DNA of 63,491 bases, counting the filler, from Thraustochytrium aureum (Eukaryota): NCBI GenBank assembly GCA_012862495.1. It is 7 parts of 5 records of this genome, joined end to end, with 100 filler letters (N's around TTAATTAATTAA, not from the genome) between each part and the next. Parts side by side here need not be neighbours in the genome. Positions count along the whole stretch, not along the records: positions 58,388 to 62,286 come from BLSG01000302.1; positions 62,387 to 63,491 come from BLSG01000312.1; 5 more parts are not named here. One strand, 5' to 3'. This document shows positions 61,387 to 63,491 of this stretch, in pieces. Below the pieces are notes generated by a model. It was not told the origin of the DNA and made no database searches. It was given only the letters and a program-made list of their open reading frames with translations. Numbering within the stretch: the stretch's first letter is position 1; each line of letters opens with the position of its first letter. The translations under genes were made by a program, and so were the position numbers.

Positions 61387-61611
61387 ATGGCCGGCCCGGT
61401 GCAGAACGCGCTGGTGAACACGGCGCAGAAGGGCTGCAAGGTAGGCTCGTCGCTGGTGGATGCGGCCAGCACCGTGTCGCGGAGCGTGTCGATGCAGAAC
61501 GAGAAGAAGGACAATAATCCCATGTCGGTGGTGTCGGCCTTCTGGCGGAGCTACGTCGAGCCCGTGGTGCAGGCGCTCAGGCTGGAGAAGAGCAACCTCA
61601 AGCGCGAGTAG
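61387..61611 (+). CDS. Small hypothetical protein (74 aa)
   Basis: ATG in GCGATGG context with strongly G/C-ending codons: MAGPVQNALVNTAQKGCKVGSSLVDAASTVSRSVSMQNEKKDNNPMSVVSAFWRSYVEPVVQALRLEKSNLKRE. Confidence 0.6.
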   Translation: MAGPVQNALVNTAQKGCKVGSSLVDAASTVSRSVSMQNEKKDNNPMSVVSAFWRSYVEPVVQALRLEKSNLKRE

Positions 61612-61895
61612 GCGGCCGCGGTCGGCAGGGGCCTCCTTCCGCCTGTATCTTTGAGAACCGGCCGCGGACTGGCCTTGCGTTTCTTCTGGCCGAGCAAGGG
61701 CCTTGTGCTCGTGTCTGCGTTCTCTCGCCTGTCCGCGCTCTCGTTGCGAGTGTGTGTTTCCCGTTGCTCTGGAGCTGGAGTCGTTGTATATAGAAAACAA
61801 GACAAGATTTCCGTGCAAGCTACTAGAGCTCTACTAAAGCTTGAGCCAGAGAGCTGGGCATGGTCAACAACCAACCGGGCCTTGCCACCGCCCGC

Positions 61896-62286
61896 TCACT
61901 CGCCGCCCTCGAAGAGCGCGCCCAGCCCGGCCACGCCGCCGTCCCCCGCCCGTCCGCGGCGAAGCTCGCGGAACGACAGGGCCAGCGGCCGCCCGTGCGT
62001 CGCGAGCATCGGCGGCTCCAAGCCCAGCTCCACGGCAAGCAAGCGCACCCAGCACTTTAGCGCCCACACCGAGTCCAGGTACGGACGGTGCACCTGGCTC
62101 CAGAGCCGCGGGTGGTCTTTCTTGAGCAGCCCACGAAGCAGGAAACGCAGATGCAGCTGCAGGCACATGAACGAGGATGGCGGGTGCTCCTCGGCAAGGT
62201 CGAGGTACTCCAGCGCGCTCTCGATCACAGCGGCTCCGGCAAGCGGGCCCCGGCTCGGCTGGCCGCTCATGGCCCGCGGGTCGGAA
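61896..62286 (-). CDS. Hypothetical protein, C-terminal fragment
   Basis: Open from the scaffold edge with host-like codon usage (VIESALEYLDLAEEHPPSSFMCLQLHLRFLLRGLL...). No family recognised. Confidence 0.5.
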
Positions 62287-62922
62287 NNNNNNNNNNNNNN
62301 NNNNNNNNNNNNNNNNNNNNNNNNNNNNNNTTAATTAATTAANNNNNNNNNNNNNNNNNNNNNNNNNNNNNNNNNNNNNNNNNNNNGTTGTCAACGTTTC
62401 ACGCCACGGGCCGCAGTTGGGGTCAGCAGCCGCAATCGGAAAGCACTCACCAGCTGGCGGGCGCACTAGTCGTCACCGTTTATGTGGCAGCTCGCACAGA
62501 GCGCCTTTTCAATCTTGTTGAGCGGGCCAGCTTCGAAAACCTCAGACTTGCGAACCTGGCGCGAAGCGGTCCCTTTCGAGCCTGAAGGCGTTGTCGGAAC
62601 GCTGGCTTCGAGTTGCGGCCCGGCGACAACCTATTTAGCAGACTGCATGCCTGCCACTTCGTGCGTGGTCTGCTTTGCTTGACGGAATGAAAAGCGCAGG
62701 CGCGACGGCCCATGTTCGCCTTCGCCACTTAGTTAGAGTACCTTACTGTATGCTACAGACCCAATGACCTCTTCCGACGCCAGCGTAGCGTTGGATGAGC
62801 AAACGGGCAGGTTTGCGCCGTTCTGCGGGATTTCGAGAAGCGGCCGAGTGCTGGATGATTCGATCGCGCAAGGCGCACCAGGAACTCAATGTCCAATGCG
62901 GTCGGAACATCCCCACGTGGCA

Positions 62923-63491
62923 TCATTGCGCGTTCCGCTGAACCAACTCCAGCACGCACAGCTGGTGCGAGTTGTCGAACACAGCCATGAACGACCCGTC
63001 CGCTGCTGTGGCGCTTTTCTCGACTGTGGAGTCGAACGTAAAGCCCGCCGATCGAGTTGCTTGGGCCCCGCTAACCGCCGACGCCGTTCTTCCACCGTTT
63101 GTCAGCGCCGGCATCCGCAGCTCCGCCTGCGCGAGAACCGCCGCCGCGTCCGCGTCCTCGATTAACTCGCCCGTTGCCATCGACCACGCGAGCTCGCGGC
63201 CTGATGCGTCCCTCGAAAATATGCGGTCGCCGTCGAGCGAGAGGGCCACGGCCACGACACAATGGGCGTGTCCCTCGAGCCGGCGGAGCTCCTGCCCGGA
63301 TTTAGCTTGCCAGATGCGGACGGTATTGTCGTCGCTCCCCGATACAATACGGTCTCCATTGTGCGAGAGTGCCACAGCCATTACAAAACTGGTGTGTCCC
63401 TCGAGCCGCCGGATCTCTTGCCCCGATTTCGCGTTCCAGATGCGGACGGTATTGTCTTCGCTCCCCGAAACGATGTCTCGCCGTTGCGCGA
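62923..63491 (-). CDS. WD40-repeat protein, C-terminal fragment with near-identical 42-aa repeats (HET-E/NWD-like)
   Basis: VSGSEDNTVRIWNAKSGQEIRRLEGHTSFVMAVALSHNGDRI followed by VSGSDDNTVRIWQAKSGQELRRLEGHAHCVVAVALSLDGDRI, a 126-nt periodicity. Confidence 0.9.
   Translation of the reverse strand, partial: AQRRDIVSGSEDNTVRIWNAKSGQEIRRLEGHTSFVMAVALSHNGDRIVSGSDDNTVRIWQAKSGQELRRLEGHAHCVVAVALSLDGDRIFSRDASGRELAWSMATGELIEDADAAAVLAQAELRMPALTNGGRTASAVSGAQATRSAGFTFDSTVEKSATAADGSFMAVFDNSHQLCVLELVQRNAQ

Noticed and set aside
13340..62342. TTAATTAATTAA motifs as piggyBac TTAA target sites or a biological repeat, including those flanking the transposase scaffold
   Set aside because: The identical 12-mer always sits in N padding and has stops in all six frames, so it is a concatenation linker.
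1..63491. A functional gene cluster or operon-like system across the window
   Set aside because: The window is seven unrelated scaffolds of mixed housekeeping genes, and adjacency across linkers is artificial.

Overview
GC-rich eukaryotic nuclear DNA, not prokaryotic. By inference it comes from a flagellated heterotrophic protist, probably a stramenopile. The window is seven separate scaffolds joined by artificial N..TTAATTAATTAA..N linkers, so gene neighbourhoods across linkers mean nothing. Genes are dense and intron-poor, with three clear GT-AG introns carrying CTGAC branch points. Recognisable genes: NOC3, CCDC93, a Tubby-like protein, a STE11-type MAP3K, a large EF-hand/RanBP2-zinc-finger protein, PSMB3, a dephospho-CoA kinase-Nudix fusion, a Zn2Cys6 transcription factor, an LRR protein, a ~2550-aa IQ protein with dynein-stalk-like modules, a choline/ethanolamine phosphotransferase, a G-protein gamma candidate, and FYVE, NRDE2-like, HET-like/SH3/TPR, alpha/beta-hydrolase, MORN, multi-RRM and WD40 proteins. 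About 14 single-base frameshifts can be placed in short homopolymer runs and are most likely sequencing errors. The strongest novelty candidate is a piggyBac-like DDD transposase (54605-58131) with a very large insertion in its catalytic core that begins with a YqaJ/lambda-exonuclease-like motif. Next are the CoaE-Nudix fusion and a possible structured RNA at 29171-29342. All family calls come from motif recognition by eye; no searches were run.
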